Shown piece by piece: positions 19,009-28,633 of a stretch of 64,000 nt of DNA. The translations under genes and the position numbers were made by a program. Origin of the DNA: Planctomicrobium piriforme (GTDB taxonomy: Bacteria > Planctomycetota > Planctomycetia > Pirellulales > UBA1268). Every line of letters begins with the position of its first letter. The stretch's first letter is position 1. The stretch spans positions 450 through 64,449 of the forward strand of contig CAMAVC010000004.1 of NCBI GenBank assembly GCA_945861585.1, given 5' to 3'. Below the pieces are notes generated by a model that saw nothing but the letters and a program-made list of their open reading frames with translations, ran no database searches and was not told where the DNA came from.

Positions 19009-20642
19009 CTCTGAGAATCGCATTCGTGTTCGGGATAGGTCTCCTCACCAATGCCGCCGTCGCCGCCGACTGGGCCCAGTGGGGTGGCTCGCCGGTTCGC
19101 AACAACGTGTCTCCGGCGAAGAACATTCCGGCGGAGTGGGCGCCCGGCGACTTCGACCTCGACACGGGCGAGTGGAAGCCCGAGACGAGCAAAAACGTGG
19201 CCTGGGTGGCGGCGCTCGGCAGCCAGAGCTACGGCAACCCGGTCGTCGCCGGCGGCAAGGCCTACGTCGGCACGAACAACGGCAAGGGCTGGCTGAAGCG
19301 GTATCCTCCCGCCGTCGATCTCGGCTGCCTGCTCGCCTTCGACGACCGCGACGGCTCGTTCCTCTGGCAGGATTCCAGCGAGAAGCTGCCCACCGGCCGC
19401 GTACACGACTGGCCGCTCCAGGGCATCTGCTGTGCGCCGCTCGTGGAGGGAGACCGCCTCTGGTATGTGACGAGCCGCGGCGAGGTGAAGTGCCTCGACA
19501 CCGCCGGGTTCCACGACGGCGAGAACGACGGCCCCTTCACGGGCGAGAAGGTCGCGGAGAAGGACGAGGCCGACGTCGTCTGGGTGCTCGACATGATGAA
19601 GCAGCTCGGTGTGTCGCAGCACAACATGTGCTCGTGCAGCGTGACGAGCGCCGGCGACTTGCTCTTCGTGAACACGAGCAACGGCGTCGACGAAGGGCAC
19701 ATCAACCTCCCCAACGCAGAGGCCCCGAGCTTTCTGTGCATCGACAAGCGCGACGGCAAGGTGCTGTGGGCCGACAATACGCCCGGCGCCAACGTGCTGC
19801 ACGGCCAGTGGTCGAGCCCGGCCTACGCGGAGCTCGGCGGCGTGCCGCAGGTGCTGTTTGGCGGTGGCGACGGCTGGCTGTATGCCTTCGACGCCCGCGG
19901 CGAGAACGGCCGGGCCAAGAAGCTCTGGGAATTCGACTGCAATCCCAAGGAGTCGAAATACACGCTCGGCGGCCGGGCCGACCGCAACCACATCATCGGC
20001 ACACCGGTGGCTCACGAGGGGCTCGTGTATGTCGCCGTCGGCGAGGATCCTGAGCACGGCGAGGGCGTGGGCCACTTGTGGTGCATCGATCCCACGAAGC
20101 GGGGCGACGTGTCGAGCGAACTGGCCGTCAGCCTGAAAGATCCGAACACGCCCCTGCCCCGCCGCCGCGAGCAGGCGGTGATCAAGGAGCAGGGGGAGGT
20201 GGCCCGGCCCAATCCGAATTCGGCCGCCGTGTGGCACTATCCGGGCGTCGATGCCGATGGAAACGGCAAGCTCGACTTCGAGGAGACGATGCACCGCACC
20301 TGCGGCACGGTGGCGATTGACCAGGGGCTGCTCTTTGTGGCCGATTTCAGCGGCCTCTTCCATTGCCTCGACGTGAAGACCGGCAAGCCGCACTGGACCC
20401 ACGACATGCTCGCCGCCAGCTGGGGCTCGCCGCTGATCGTGGACGGCAAGGTGTACATCGGTGACGAGGATGGCGACATCACCGTGTTCAAGCTCGCGCC
20501 CGAAAAGGAAATGCTGGCGGAGATCAACATGGGCAACAGCGTCTACTCGACGCCGATCGTGGCCGGTGACACGCTCTACATCGCCAACAAGAGCCATCTG
20601 TTCGCGATCCGGGCCGGAGCCACTCCCGTCGGGGTGAAGTGA
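19005..20642 (+). CDS. PQQ-like beta-propeller repeat protein, secreted
   Basis: MTLRIAFVFGIGLLTNAAVAADWAQWGGSP. ATGA overlap with the upstream stop. Confidence 0.8.
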   Translation: MTLRIAFVFGIGLLTNAAVAADWAQWGGSPVRNNVSPAKNIPAEWAPGDFDLDTGEWKPETSKNVAWVAALGSQSYGNPVVAGGKAYVGTNNGKGWLKRYPPAVDLGCLLAFDDRDGSFLWQDSSEKLPTGRVHDWPLQGICCAPLVEGDRLWYVTSRGEVKCLDTAGFHDGENDGPFTGEKVAEKDEADVVWVLDMMKQLGVSQHNMCSCSVTSAGDLLFVNTSNGVDEGHINLPNAEAPSFLCIDKRDGKVLWADNTPGANVLHGQWSSPAYAELGGVPQVLFGGGDGWLYAFDARGENGRAKKLWEFDCNPKESKYTLGGRADRNHIIGTPVAHEGLVYVAVGEDPEHGEGVGHLWCIDPTKRGDVSSELAVSLKDPNTPLPRRREQAVIKEQGEVARPNPNSAAVWHYPGVDADGNGKLDFEETMHRTCGTVAIDQGLLFVADFSGLFHCLDVKTGKPHWTHDMLAASWGSPLIVDGKVYIGDEDGDITVFKLAPEKEMLAEINMGNSVYSTPIVAGDTLYIANKSHLFAIRAGATPVGVK

Positions 20643-20643
20643 G

Positions 20644-22251
20644 ATGCGGCGGTGTGCAGGGCCTTGGATCGGGGTGGTCCTCCTCGCAGCCTGCTGCCAC
20701 GCCGAGGAACCGGCGTCGGCGTTTCGCGTCAGGCCCTACCTGCAGAATCCAGCCTCCGACGCGATGACCGTCCGCTGGCTGACCAACGACGACAGGCCGG
20801 GGACGCTGCGCGTCGCGGGCCGGGAGTTCACGTCTGCACCGGTCCTGTGCCTCGAGCTCGCCTACCAGCCGAACGAAGCCCGCGACGATCGGCTCGGCAG
20901 TGCCCCCTTCCTGCACTCCGTGCGCGTGACCGGACTCGAGCCCGCGATGAGCTATCCCTATGCCGTTGAGCAGGGTGATGAAACCAGGAAGGCGATCCTC
21001 ACCACGGCACCCAAACCCGGCGACGTGGGGCCGGGCGGCGGTGTGCGGCTGTTCTTCTATGCCGACTGCGAAGCACAGCCCGAATCGCGCGGCTCGCGCG
21101 TGGCATGGCCGCCGTCGCCGTCACTCCCGGGAGGGCCGCGGCCTGGCTGGGTGGAGGGCCGCTATCCCGCCGACGAGACGACGGGTTACCGGATGAACCT
21201 CGCGCTCATCGCCGCCCGGGCCGCCGAGAGCCTGCGGGCCAAAAACCCCGTGCTCGTGAGCGTCGTGGGCGATCTCGTGGAGAGCGGCGGCGAGCAGCGC
21301 GACTGGGACGAGTTTTGGCGACACAATGCCGGCGACTTCGGCACGCTCGCCTCACGGGTGCCGATCGTGGCGGCCTTGGGGAATCACGAACTCTTCGGCG
21401 GGCCGCCTTCCGACGACCCGAAGAAGGACCTCGGCGGCTACTCCGGCCGGGCGACGCTCGTGGGCGCGATGAAGTTTCTCACCTACTTCGACCATCCCAC
21501 GAACGGGGCCGCCGATGAGCGGCACGAGGAACGGTATCACCGAGTCGACTTCGGCCCCGTCACCCTGCTCACGCTCGACACGACCAACGGCGGCGGCGAC
21601 GACGGGCCGGATGATACGAACCACGATCTCGACCGCGCCGACGCATCCCACGTCCCCGACTACGCCCCGGGGTCGGAGCAGTATGCGTGGCTCGAGCGCC
21701 AGTTGTCTGACGCGCGCGCCGCGGGCCGGATCATCCTCGTGCAGTTTCACCATGCGCCCTACTCGTCCGGCCCACACGGACTCCCCCCCGGAGACGGCCT
21801 CGGGGAGAATCTCCAGTCGGGCCAGCCGTTGCGGGTCTTCGCGGATCTCTTCCGCACGCACGGTGTCCGCGCCGTGTTCTCCGGGCACGACGAGATGTAC
21901 GAACACTCGATCGTGGACGGGATCCACTACTACGACGTCGGCATCGGGGGCGATGCCCTGCGGGGCCCCGAGGCTGCCGCGACCAACGGGCGGCAGGTCT
22001 TCCTGGCGCACGATCACGCGCCCGAGCGATGGAACGGCGACGTGCTCGAATCCGGTGGCAAGCACTATGGCCACGTGGAGGTCGATGTGGAGCGAAACGC
22101 GGCGGGGCCCGGGTTCACCGTTTCGATCCGGCCTGTCCACCTGTTTCCCGTGCTCGATCCCGCCAAGCCGGGTACGATCGCGACTTGGGAACGTCGCGAA
22201 TACGACGACGTGGTGACATTCGACGCTGCCATCAAGGAGCCCTCACGATGA
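20644..22251 (+). CDS. Metallophosphoesterase (purple-acid-phosphatase-like), secreted
   Basis: N-terminal FRVRPYLQNPASDAMTVRW, GDLVESG, GNHE and FHHAPYSSGPHG motifs. Starts 1 nt after the upstream stop. Confidence 0.8.
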   Translation: MRRCAGPWIGVVLLAACCHAEEPASAFRVRPYLQNPASDAMTVRWLTNDDRPGTLRVAGREFTSAPVLCLELAYQPNEARDDRLGSAPFLHSVRVTGLEPAMSYPYAVEQGDETRKAILTTAPKPGDVGPGGGVRLFFYADCEAQPESRGSRVAWPPSPSLPGGPRPGWVEGRYPADETTGYRMNLALIAARAAESLRAKNPVLVSVVGDLVESGGEQRDWDEFWRHNAGDFGTLASRVPIVAALGNHELFGGPPSDDPKKDLGGYSGRATLVGAMKFLTYFDHPTNGAADERHEERYHRVDFGPVTLLTLDTTNGGGDDGPDDTNHDLDRADASHVPDYAPGSEQYAWLERQLSDARAAGRIILVQFHHAPYSSGPHGLPPGDGLGENLQSGQPLRVFADLFRTHGVRAVFSGHDEMYEHSIVDGIHYYDVGIGGDALRGPEAAATNGRQVFLAHDHAPERWNGDVLESGGKHYGHVEVDVERNAAGPGFTVSIRPVHLFPVLDPAKPGTIATWERREYDDVVTFDAAIKEPSR

Positions 22252-23906
22252 ATCTGACCACTCTCGTCCTCGCGCTTGTCGTGTCTGCCTGGGCTACGTG
22301 CCTGACCGCCGCAGAGCCGACGCCACCGCGCCAGATGGTGCTGGGTGCGAAACGGATCGTGATTCTCGGCGACTCGATCACATACGGCGGCGGCTGGGTG
22401 GTGCCGTTCATCGCCTGGCTCGAATCCGAAGGGTGGACCGGAGACGTCATCAACATGGGCCTCTCAAGCGAGACGGTGTCGGGGCTCTCCGAGGAGGGCC
22501 ACGCCGGTGGGAAGTTTCCCCGGCCCGATCTCCACGAGCGGCTCGACCGCGTGCTGCGCGTCGGACGGCCCGACCTCGTGATCGCCTGCTACGGGATGAA
22601 CTGCGGCATCTACCAGCCGCTCGACGAGGCGAGGTTTACGAAGTTCAAGAATGGGATGCAGCGGTTGCACGACGCGGTCGAGAAGACCGGCGCGAAGATC
22701 ATCCATCTCACGCCGCCCGTCTACGACCAGCGGCCCGACAAGGACGGGCCGGCCGGGAAGGTCGATTACGACGCCGTGCTCGACGCCTACTCGAAGTGGC
22801 TGCTCTCGAAGCGGGCCGACGGCTGGATCGTGGTCGACACCCACGGGCCGATGAAAGCGGCGCTCGCGGCAGCCCGTGCGAAAGACCCAGCCACGATATT
22901 CGCCCCCGACGCGGTCCACCCCAACGAGGCAGGCCACTGGGCCTTCGCTCGGGGACTGTTCTCGGGCCTCGGCGCACACGCCGTCGCCGCGAAGGAGACG
23001 CCGGAGCACTTCGCCGCCTTCGTACCCGACGTGAAGCGGCGCATGGAGGTTCTCCGCGACGCCTACCTCGCGGCCGCCGGCCATCAGCGGCCCGGCGTCG
23101 CGACTGGCCTGCCGCTCGGCGAGGCCGAGGCCAAGACCCGCGATCTCACCGAATCGATCCGCTCGCGGCGTTACCACCTGATGGGTGGCCAGACGGGCCA
23201 GGGTGTCGAATGGCGGAGTCCCGTCGAGTGGCCGCAGCCGCGGGTCGTCGATCCGGGCCCGGCCCCGCAGTCCGCCGCCCCCGTGCCGTCCGACGCGATC
23301 GTGCTCTTCGGCGGCAAGGATCTTTCCGCCTGGAGCAACGGTGAGAACTGGCGGGTGGCCGATGGCGTCGCGACGGTCGGCAAGGGAGACGTCCGCACGA
23401 AGCAGGGCTTCGGCGACTGCCAGCTCCACGTGGAATTCCGCACCGCCGCCGACACGCAGGGCAAGGGGCAGCAGCGCAGCAACTCCGGCGTGTTCTTCCA
23501 AGACAAGTACGAGATCCAGATCCTCGATTCCTTCCAGGACGGCACCGACCAGCCCGTGACCTACTTCGACGGCCAGTGCGGCGCCCTCTACAAGCAGCAG
23601 CCCCCCGCCGTGAACGCCTGCCGCAAGCCGGGCGAATGGCAGACCTACGACATCCTGTTCACCCGGCCGCGGTTCAAGGCCGACGGGTCGCTCGCGAAGC
23701 CCGGCCGGATCAGCGTGCTCCACAACGGTGTGGCGATCCACTCCGATACGGTGATCAAGGGCGACACGTTCTTCCACGCCCCGCCGAGCTACACGGCGCA
23801 TCCCGACGCCCTGCCGATCCGCCTCCAGGACCACGGCAACCCGGTGCAGTTCCGCTCGATCTGGGTCCGCCCCTTCGAGCCCCTCGTGCCGACGCTCAAG
23901 GAGTAG
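22248..23906 (+). CDS. SGNH/GDSL hydrolase fused to a DUF1080 (3-keto-disaccharide-hydrolase-like) domain, secreted
   Basis: RIVILGDSITYGGG (SGNH block I). C-terminal NSGVFFQDKYEIQILDS ... GEWQTYDILF ... VLHNGVAIH (DUF1080-like). ATGA overlap with the upstream gene. Its TAG stop lies in a degenerate T module. Confidence 0.8.
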   Translation: MNLTTLVLALVVSAWATCLTAAEPTPPRQMVLGAKRIVILGDSITYGGGWVVPFIAWLESEGWTGDVINMGLSSETVSGLSEEGHAGGKFPRPDLHERLDRVLRVGRPDLVIACYGMNCGIYQPLDEARFTKFKNGMQRLHDAVEKTGAKIIHLTPPVYDQRPDKDGPAGKVDYDAVLDAYSKWLLSKRADGWIVVDTHGPMKAALAAARAKDPATIFAPDAVHPNEAGHWAFARGLFSGLGAHAVAAKETPEHFAAFVPDVKRRMEVLRDAYLAAAGHQRPGVATGLPLGEAEAKTRDLTESIRSRRYHLMGGQTGQGVEWRSPVEWPQPRVVDPGPAPQSAAPVPSDAIVLFGGKDLSAWSNGENWRVADGVATVGKGDVRTKQGFGDCQLHVEFRTAADTQGKGQQRSNSGVFFQDKYEIQILDSFQDGTDQPVTYFDGQCGALYKQQPPAVNACRKPGEWQTYDILFTRPRFKADGSLAKPGRISVLHNGVAIHSDTVIKGDTFFHAPPSYTAHPDALPIRLQDHGNPVQFRSIWVRPFEPLVPTLKE

Positions 23907-24216
23907 GACAAGCTTCAGTCTGCCCGACCTCGTCAGGTACGCGCCGGCTCGGGGTAACCCCTCGCCTTCCCAACCGGAAGCCCGAGGCGTGAGCCGAAGG
24001 GAATACGTGTGGCGGATCACAACCGGGGGCATCCTCTCGGCTTGCGCCTCGGGCTTCCTTGTGGAACAGGGAGGCCTCCACTCACTCGGATGTGCCTGCG
24101 CTGCCTGGAGCGCATTCGCTGCGCCATCCATGGCTTCGCTGGTCACATACGCCGTCTCAACGGCAGGGGTAACCCCGAGCCTCTCCAACTGGAAGCCCGA
24201 GGCGTAAGCCGAAGGG
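23907..24216. repeat. Repeat cluster R4: degenerate T hairpin + Y terminus + H hairpin + X/Y unit + half H
   Basis: GACAAGCTTCAGTCTGCC (degenerate T), GCCGGCTCGGGGTAACCCC, a full H unit, then ...GCCTGCGCTGCCTGGAGCGCATTCGCTGCGCCATCCATGG...GGGGTAACCCCGAGCC. Confidence 0.9.
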
Positions 24217-24580
24217 ATGCCGGGCCGAACTTTCGGCAAAGACGGCTGGGGCGTCGGGGCTTCCTACTTTGACATCATGTCGGGCCAATGGAGGTCGGCA
24301 ACGTTTAACGTACCGGCGATGAGTTCCTCCGTGATGCCGACGATCGCTGCGGATGGCATTGGTGGCATTGGCGTGGCATGGATGGGTTGGCCTCGACTTC
24401 GACGCTGAGAATTATCCCGTGATCTCTTTCTTGGCAAGCACTAGCGGCGGTTGGGGATCAACGGCTGACATCTGGATCGCCTACGACCCCATCGTCGTGC
24501 CGGAGCCCTCGGCGGTCGTGCTTGCGGCCGCAGGGTTCGCAGGCATGTGCTACGCGGCACGCCGCAAACGCAGCCGGTGA
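24217..24580 (+). pseudogene. Frameshifted 3' remnant of a PEP-CTERM protein gene
   Basis: Two overlapping frames (24217-24408 and 24353-24580). The second ends in the PEP-CTERM tail VPEPSAVVLAAAGFAGMCYAARRKRSR. The apparent ATG lies inside repeat DNA. Flanked by R4 and R5. Confidence 0.45.
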
Positions 24581-24652
24581 GCCCATCCCTGTGAAGGGCA
24601 ATGGCAACGAACGCCTTGCTTCATTGGAAAGGCGATTTGCGGTTTCGGCGCC

Positions 24653-24900
24653 TACCAGTTGAGGAGGCTTCGGGCTCCCCGTGCCCCGGGAGCCGGCGTA
24701 TCTGACCAGCGAAGCCATGGATGGCGCAGCGCAGGCAGATCCGAGAGAACGGAGGGAAGGATGCCCGCAGCGAACGTCCGGCGACGGGATATGGGGAGCC
24801 CGAAGCCGGCGCGCCCAACGCCCCGACCGTCCGGCGAGACGGTACGGGGTAACCCCGAGCCGGGCTGGGCGAGTTCGGGCATGACAGGCTGAAGCCTGTC
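24653..24900. repeat. Repeat cluster R5: X unit + Y end + T hairpin
   Basis: GGCTTCGGGCTCCCC ... GGGGAGCCCGAAGCC, then CGGCGAGACGGTACGGGGTAACCCCGAGCCGG, then T. Confidence 0.9.
24883..24900. repeat. T-hairpin module abutting the stop of the 24901 gene
   Basis: GACAGGCTGAAGCCTGTC followed by CTA (24901-24903), the TAG stop on the minus strand. Confidence 0.9.
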
Positions 24901-25146
24901 CTACGTTGCGAGTGCGGCGCGGATGGCGGCGAGTTCGGTCGGTGGGTCGTTCTCGGCGCGGGCGAGTTTGCCGGCCTTCGCGAACCAGTAGCGGGCGTTC
25001 CCGCGGTCGCCCTCGATGGCGTGCAACACGGCGTGGATCCAGCAGGCTGTCGTATCGGCCTCGTCCTCTTGCACGATGCCGTGCGCTTCGTCCCAGCGGC
25101 CGGCCTCGGCGGCGTCGAGCGCCGCGAGCAGGTCGGCCTTCGTCAT
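24901..25146 (-). CDS. Small conserved helical hypothetical protein (81 aa)
   Basis: ...GRWDEAHGIVQEDE...ACWIHAVLHAIEGDRGNARYWF resembles a widespread small-protein family as I recall it. ATGA overlap with the upstream gene. Confidence 0.55.
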   Translation of the reverse strand: MTKADLLAALDAAEAGRWDEAHGIVQEDEADTTACWIHAVLHAIEGDRGNARYWFAKAGKLARAENDPPTELAAIRAALAT

Positions 25147-27059
25147 GGGGAGATGAACGCGAGCGTCGGTTCGGAGGCATAGACGACCTGGTCCTTCTTC
25201 CGCCAGCCGGCGGCCACCCAGCCGTCCTTGCGGGCCACGAACTGCTCCATCGGCAGCGGCCCCGCGCCCGCGAGCTGGCCCGGCATCTTTAGGGGCTCGA
25301 CGTCCACCACTTCCTTGAACACCTTGCCGAATCGCTTCTGGAGGATCCGCCGCAGCGATGTCTGGGCCACGGTCAGCTTCTCGCCGCCGCCGGGCACGAA
25401 TCCGGGCGGGTAGATCTGCACGTCGCCGTCACGGACGAGCCGGATCTTTCCCTCGGTGGGCTCGATCCGGTAGGCGGCCCAGATGTCCATCGCCGGGAAC
25501 TCACGGTCGCCCGAGGTGAACCTCGTGCCGCGGACCGTCATCTTCACGCGGGAGTCGTCGGCGTCGAGTTCGACGGGCTTCCGCTTCGCGAACGTGATCG
25601 ACCACGGGGCCTGGTCGGGATCGTTGCCGAGGGCCTCGGGCAGCGTGCCGTTGTTCTTCTTGATCTGCTCCTCGACGAACTGCTGCGTGATCGTGCGGCC
25701 GCCGAGCGTGATCTCGGCGGCATTGTTGACGAGCGTTTCATGAATCCGCGCGGCCATCACGGCGTCGGGGTCGACGGCCGGCGGCGGCGTGAAGGCCGCG
25801 ATCTGGTCGCTGAGCGCCTTGCGAGCCACCACGGAGAGCCTGGAATCGCTCGTATTGAGATGGAGCATCTCGGGATACCAGCCGCGGTCCATGAGCGGGC
25901 GGCGAAACTTCGCCTGATAGTCGGACTGGGCCTGGGCGATCGCGCCGGCCGTCTGCGAGTCGAACTGCTGCCGCACCCGCTCGCGGGCTTTCTGCTCCGA
26001 GATCGCCTCCGCCTTGGGCCGCATCTCGGCGATCTTTCGGCTGGCGATCTTGCGGATCAGGTTCTGGCCGAACCGCTTGCTGACGCCGATGCCTGCCGTG
26101 CGCGTGCTCGTCGATGCATGGGCCTCGACGGGCAGGGCGCTCACGCGCTCATCGTCGATCATGATCCGCTTGCGGGCGTCGACCTTCGTCGTGCCGTGGG
26201 TGCGCACGGTGACCGGCCCCTGCGAGCCACGGGTGTCGGAATGGTTGGTGGCGTCGAGGGCGATGTCCACGATCGCCTGGTCGAGGGCCGGCACGAAGTC
26301 GAGGAGCACGAGGCCCGTGGTGTGGCCGGTGCCCCGGATGCGGGTGCCGAGCACGGTGTCGTTGATCGGAGCCCGTTCGTCGACGACGCGGTTCACCGCC
26401 GAACCGAGCAGGCTCTCATCGATGTCGAGGTAGAGGTTCGGCCGATCGACGGCGCTCCGCACGCGGGCCACCACGCCCGGCGCCTGGCCGGAATCGGCGA
26501 GCTTGGCGAGCAGGGGGCCAACGGGGTCGAGGGCCTCGGTCGTGCCTGCCGCCGCACCTGCCGCCACGGCGGCGGCGAGTTTGTCGAGCCGCTGGGCATA
26601 GGCGGCCTGGGCTTCCGGACTCTTGGCGGCTTCCGCAGCCTCGGCGTAGGCCGTCACTGCTCGCCGCACGGTGGCGAACTGGTGCATCTCGAGGCCGTTC
26701 TCACCGGCGTCGAGCAGTTTCTGGAGGCGGCGAAGCGTGGCCGGATCAGCGTTCGATCCGCTCGCTGCCTGGGCTTCGAGCGCCGGCCAATCGAGATACT
26801 TTTTCCAGTTGGACCCACTCGGGCTGCGGGCCAGGAGCCGGTCGAGCGGCCCGAGGGCGGCGCGGAGTTTGCCAGCGGCGGTGGCGAGCGTCCCCTCGGA
26901 AACCGGCCGGAATGCTTCGGGCGAACCGAGCGGATTGGCAGCCAAGGTCGCGAGATCGCCAGCTGCAGCCACCCCGGTTGCCGACGCGGTCACGAAGGCC
27001 CCGATGATCCATGCAGCCCGGGCTGCCGAGCGACTGCGACTGAAGAAAAACAACGCCAT
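25143..27059 (-). CDS. Large secreted hypothetical protein
   Basis: ATG at 27059 gives the signal peptide MALFFFSRSRSAARAAWIIGAFVTASATGVAAAG. 638 aa with coding-like GC3 throughout. No recognised domain. Confidence 0.6.
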   Translation of the reverse strand: MALFFFSRSRSAARAAWIIGAFVTASATGVAAAGDLATLAANPLGSPEAFRPVSEGTLATAAGKLRAALGPLDRLLARSPSGSNWKKYLDWPALEAQAASGSNADPATLRRLQKLLDAGENGLEMHQFATVRRAVTAYAEAAEAAKSPEAQAAYAQRLDKLAAAVAAGAAAGTTEALDPVGPLLAKLADSGQAPGVVARVRSAVDRPNLYLDIDESLLGSAVNRVVDERAPINDTVLGTRIRGTGHTTGLVLLDFVPALDQAIVDIALDATNHSDTRGSQGPVTVRTHGTTKVDARKRIMIDDERVSALPVEAHASTSTRTAGIGVSKRFGQNLIRKIASRKIAEMRPKAEAISEQKARERVRQQFDSQTAGAIAQAQSDYQAKFRRPLMDRGWYPEMLHLNTSDSRLSVVARKALSDQIAAFTPPPAVDPDAVMAARIHETLVNNAAEITLGGRTITQQFVEEQIKKNNGTLPEALGNDPDQAPWSITFAKRKPVELDADDSRVKMTVRGTRFTSGDREFPAMDIWAAYRIEPTEGKIRLVRDGDVQIYPPGFVPGGGEKLTVAQTSLRRILQKRFGKVFKEVVDVEPLKMPGQLAGAGPLPMEQFVARKDGWVAAGWRKKDQVVYASEPTLAFISP

Positions 27060-27382
27060 GACGGGAGTGCCTGTCTGTGGGGGCCGCGAAGGCCAGATGC
27101 GAAGTGTCCAGAGGGACCGGGAGTCTAGCCCGCTCAGCGACTTTCCCTCCACAGCAGCCTCTCGCACCCCCATATCCCCCCTTCTGCGGCTCATTTCAGG
27201 ATTTTTTGCCGCTCCCGACGCAAGCGATTGCCCACCGCAGACTTCTGCCATCTCCCCTAGGCCGTAAGTCGAGCAAAGTCTGTGTCGCGAGCATTCTTTT
27301 TCCAGAGCCCCCTGCTTGCCAGGCGCCGCCCTGTCCATCACAACGCGTCTCTGGCCCATCACCCACGGAAAGGGAAATCACC

Positions 27383-28312
27383 ATGGTCGCACGTCGCGCT
27401 CGCACACTCCTCGCCACCCCAGTCGGATTGTCCCTCGGAGTGGCCCTCTCCGCCGGCATCGTCGCCGCCGTCGTCCTCGAACTCTGCACCACTCCCGCTC
27501 TGGGTGCCACGCCCACACCGCCCTCGATGCAGCGCGGCTTGGGCACGGCCATCGAGCGCATGGACGACTACGGCGCCGCCACCGAGGCTGCCAAGGCCGC
27601 CGGCGCGATGCTCCTCGTCTCCGTCGAACCGACGACGGACAGCCCGACCGACATCGCCGGCGCTCGGCTCGAGCGGGCTGACGTCCAGCAACGCTTTGCC
27701 ACGAGTGGCACACCCTGGGTTTTCTGCCGGCTCGGCATGGACGCCGGCGGAGCGGCCCTCGCCGGTGATCCGAGCCTTGCGGAAATGCGGCGCGGGCCGG
27801 GTGTGTTCGTCGTCGACCACACGGCGGGAGCGTACGCCGGCCGCATTGTTTCGATCCTCCCGCGCACCTCGGGCAAGTATTACTCGTTCAGCCCCTCGCA
27901 CATCGACGAACTGGCGTCGCTCCCGCAGGCCTCACTCACGCAGCGCTCGCTGATCCTCGCCGTCCGCATCCACCCCGAAAACCCGCAGAGCACGAGCGGC
28001 ACCTGCGACCCCTCGCTCTGCTCCGCGGCCGAAGCCCACTCGCAGCACCAGGCGAGCATTCGCCGCCAGGGGCATCACGGCTGGGACGCCAGATCGCAGC
28101 GGATCGCCGCCGGCCGGGGCGGCGCCTCGGAAGTGTGCGCCGAAAGCTGGCCGGGCCAAGACCTCGTCGACTCGTGCGTCGACTGCGTGGCCAGCTGGCG
28201 GCAGTCGAGCGGCCACTGGAACGCCGTCCGGAGCCCCCAGGCCGCCTACGGCTACGACCTCCGCCGCGGCTCCAACGGCATCTGGTACGCGACAGGCATC
28301 TTCGTGAAGTGA
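27383..28312 (+). CDS. Secreted hypothetical protein with a possible C-terminal CAP/SCP-like domain
   Basis: The ATG at 27383 is preceded by GGAAAGGGAAA. TM/signal GLSLGVALSAGIVAAVVL. The C-terminus ...SSGHWNAV...YGYD...GIWYATGIF is CAP-like. Unverified. Confidence 0.5.
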   Translation: MVARRARTLLATPVGLSLGVALSAGIVAAVVLELCTTPALGATPTPPSMQRGLGTAIERMDDYGAATEAAKAAGAMLLVSVEPTTDSPTDIAGARLERADVQQRFATSGTPWVFCRLGMDAGGAALAGDPSLAEMRRGPGVFVVDHTAGAYAGRIVSILPRTSGKYYSFSPSHIDELASLPQASLTQRSLILAVRIHPENPQSTSGTCDPSLCSAAEAHSQHQASIRRQGHHGWDARSQRIAAGRGGASEVCAESWPGQDLVDSCVDCVASWRQSSGHWNAVRSPQAAYGYDLRRGSNGIWYATGIFVK

Positions 28313-28330
28313 GGCAGGCTCGCCCCTGAT

Positions 28331-28633
28331 CTACGGGATGGCGACGGCGGGGAGCACGAAGATCTTGCCGTCGCCCATGCGGCCGGTGCGGGCCACCGAC
28401 ACGATCCGCTCGACGACTTCATCGGCCCGGGCGTCGTCCACCCACACTTGGATCTCCACCTTCGGCAGGAAGGCGAGCGAGTATTCGCTGTCGCCATACT
28501 GGTCGAGATAGCTCTTCTGCCGGCCGTAGCCCTTCACCTCGCGCACCGTGCAAGCCTCGAGCGGGGCGAACTTCAAGGCCTCGAGCACCCGCTCGGCGAC
28601 GAACGGCTTCACGATGGCGATGACTTCTTTCAA
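28331..28633 (-). CDS. P-II (GlnB/GlnK) family signal-transduction protein, short form
   Basis: MKEVIAIVKPF..., T-loop-like GYGRQKSYLDQYGDSEYSLAFLPK and TGRMGDGKIFV. TTG start overlapping the ferredoxin stop (TTGA). Confidence 0.85.
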   Translation of the reverse strand: MKEVIAIVKPFVAERVLEALKFAPLEACTVREVKGYGRQKSYLDQYGDSEYSLAFLPKVEIQVWVDDARADEVVERIVSVARTGRMGDGKIFVLPAVAIP

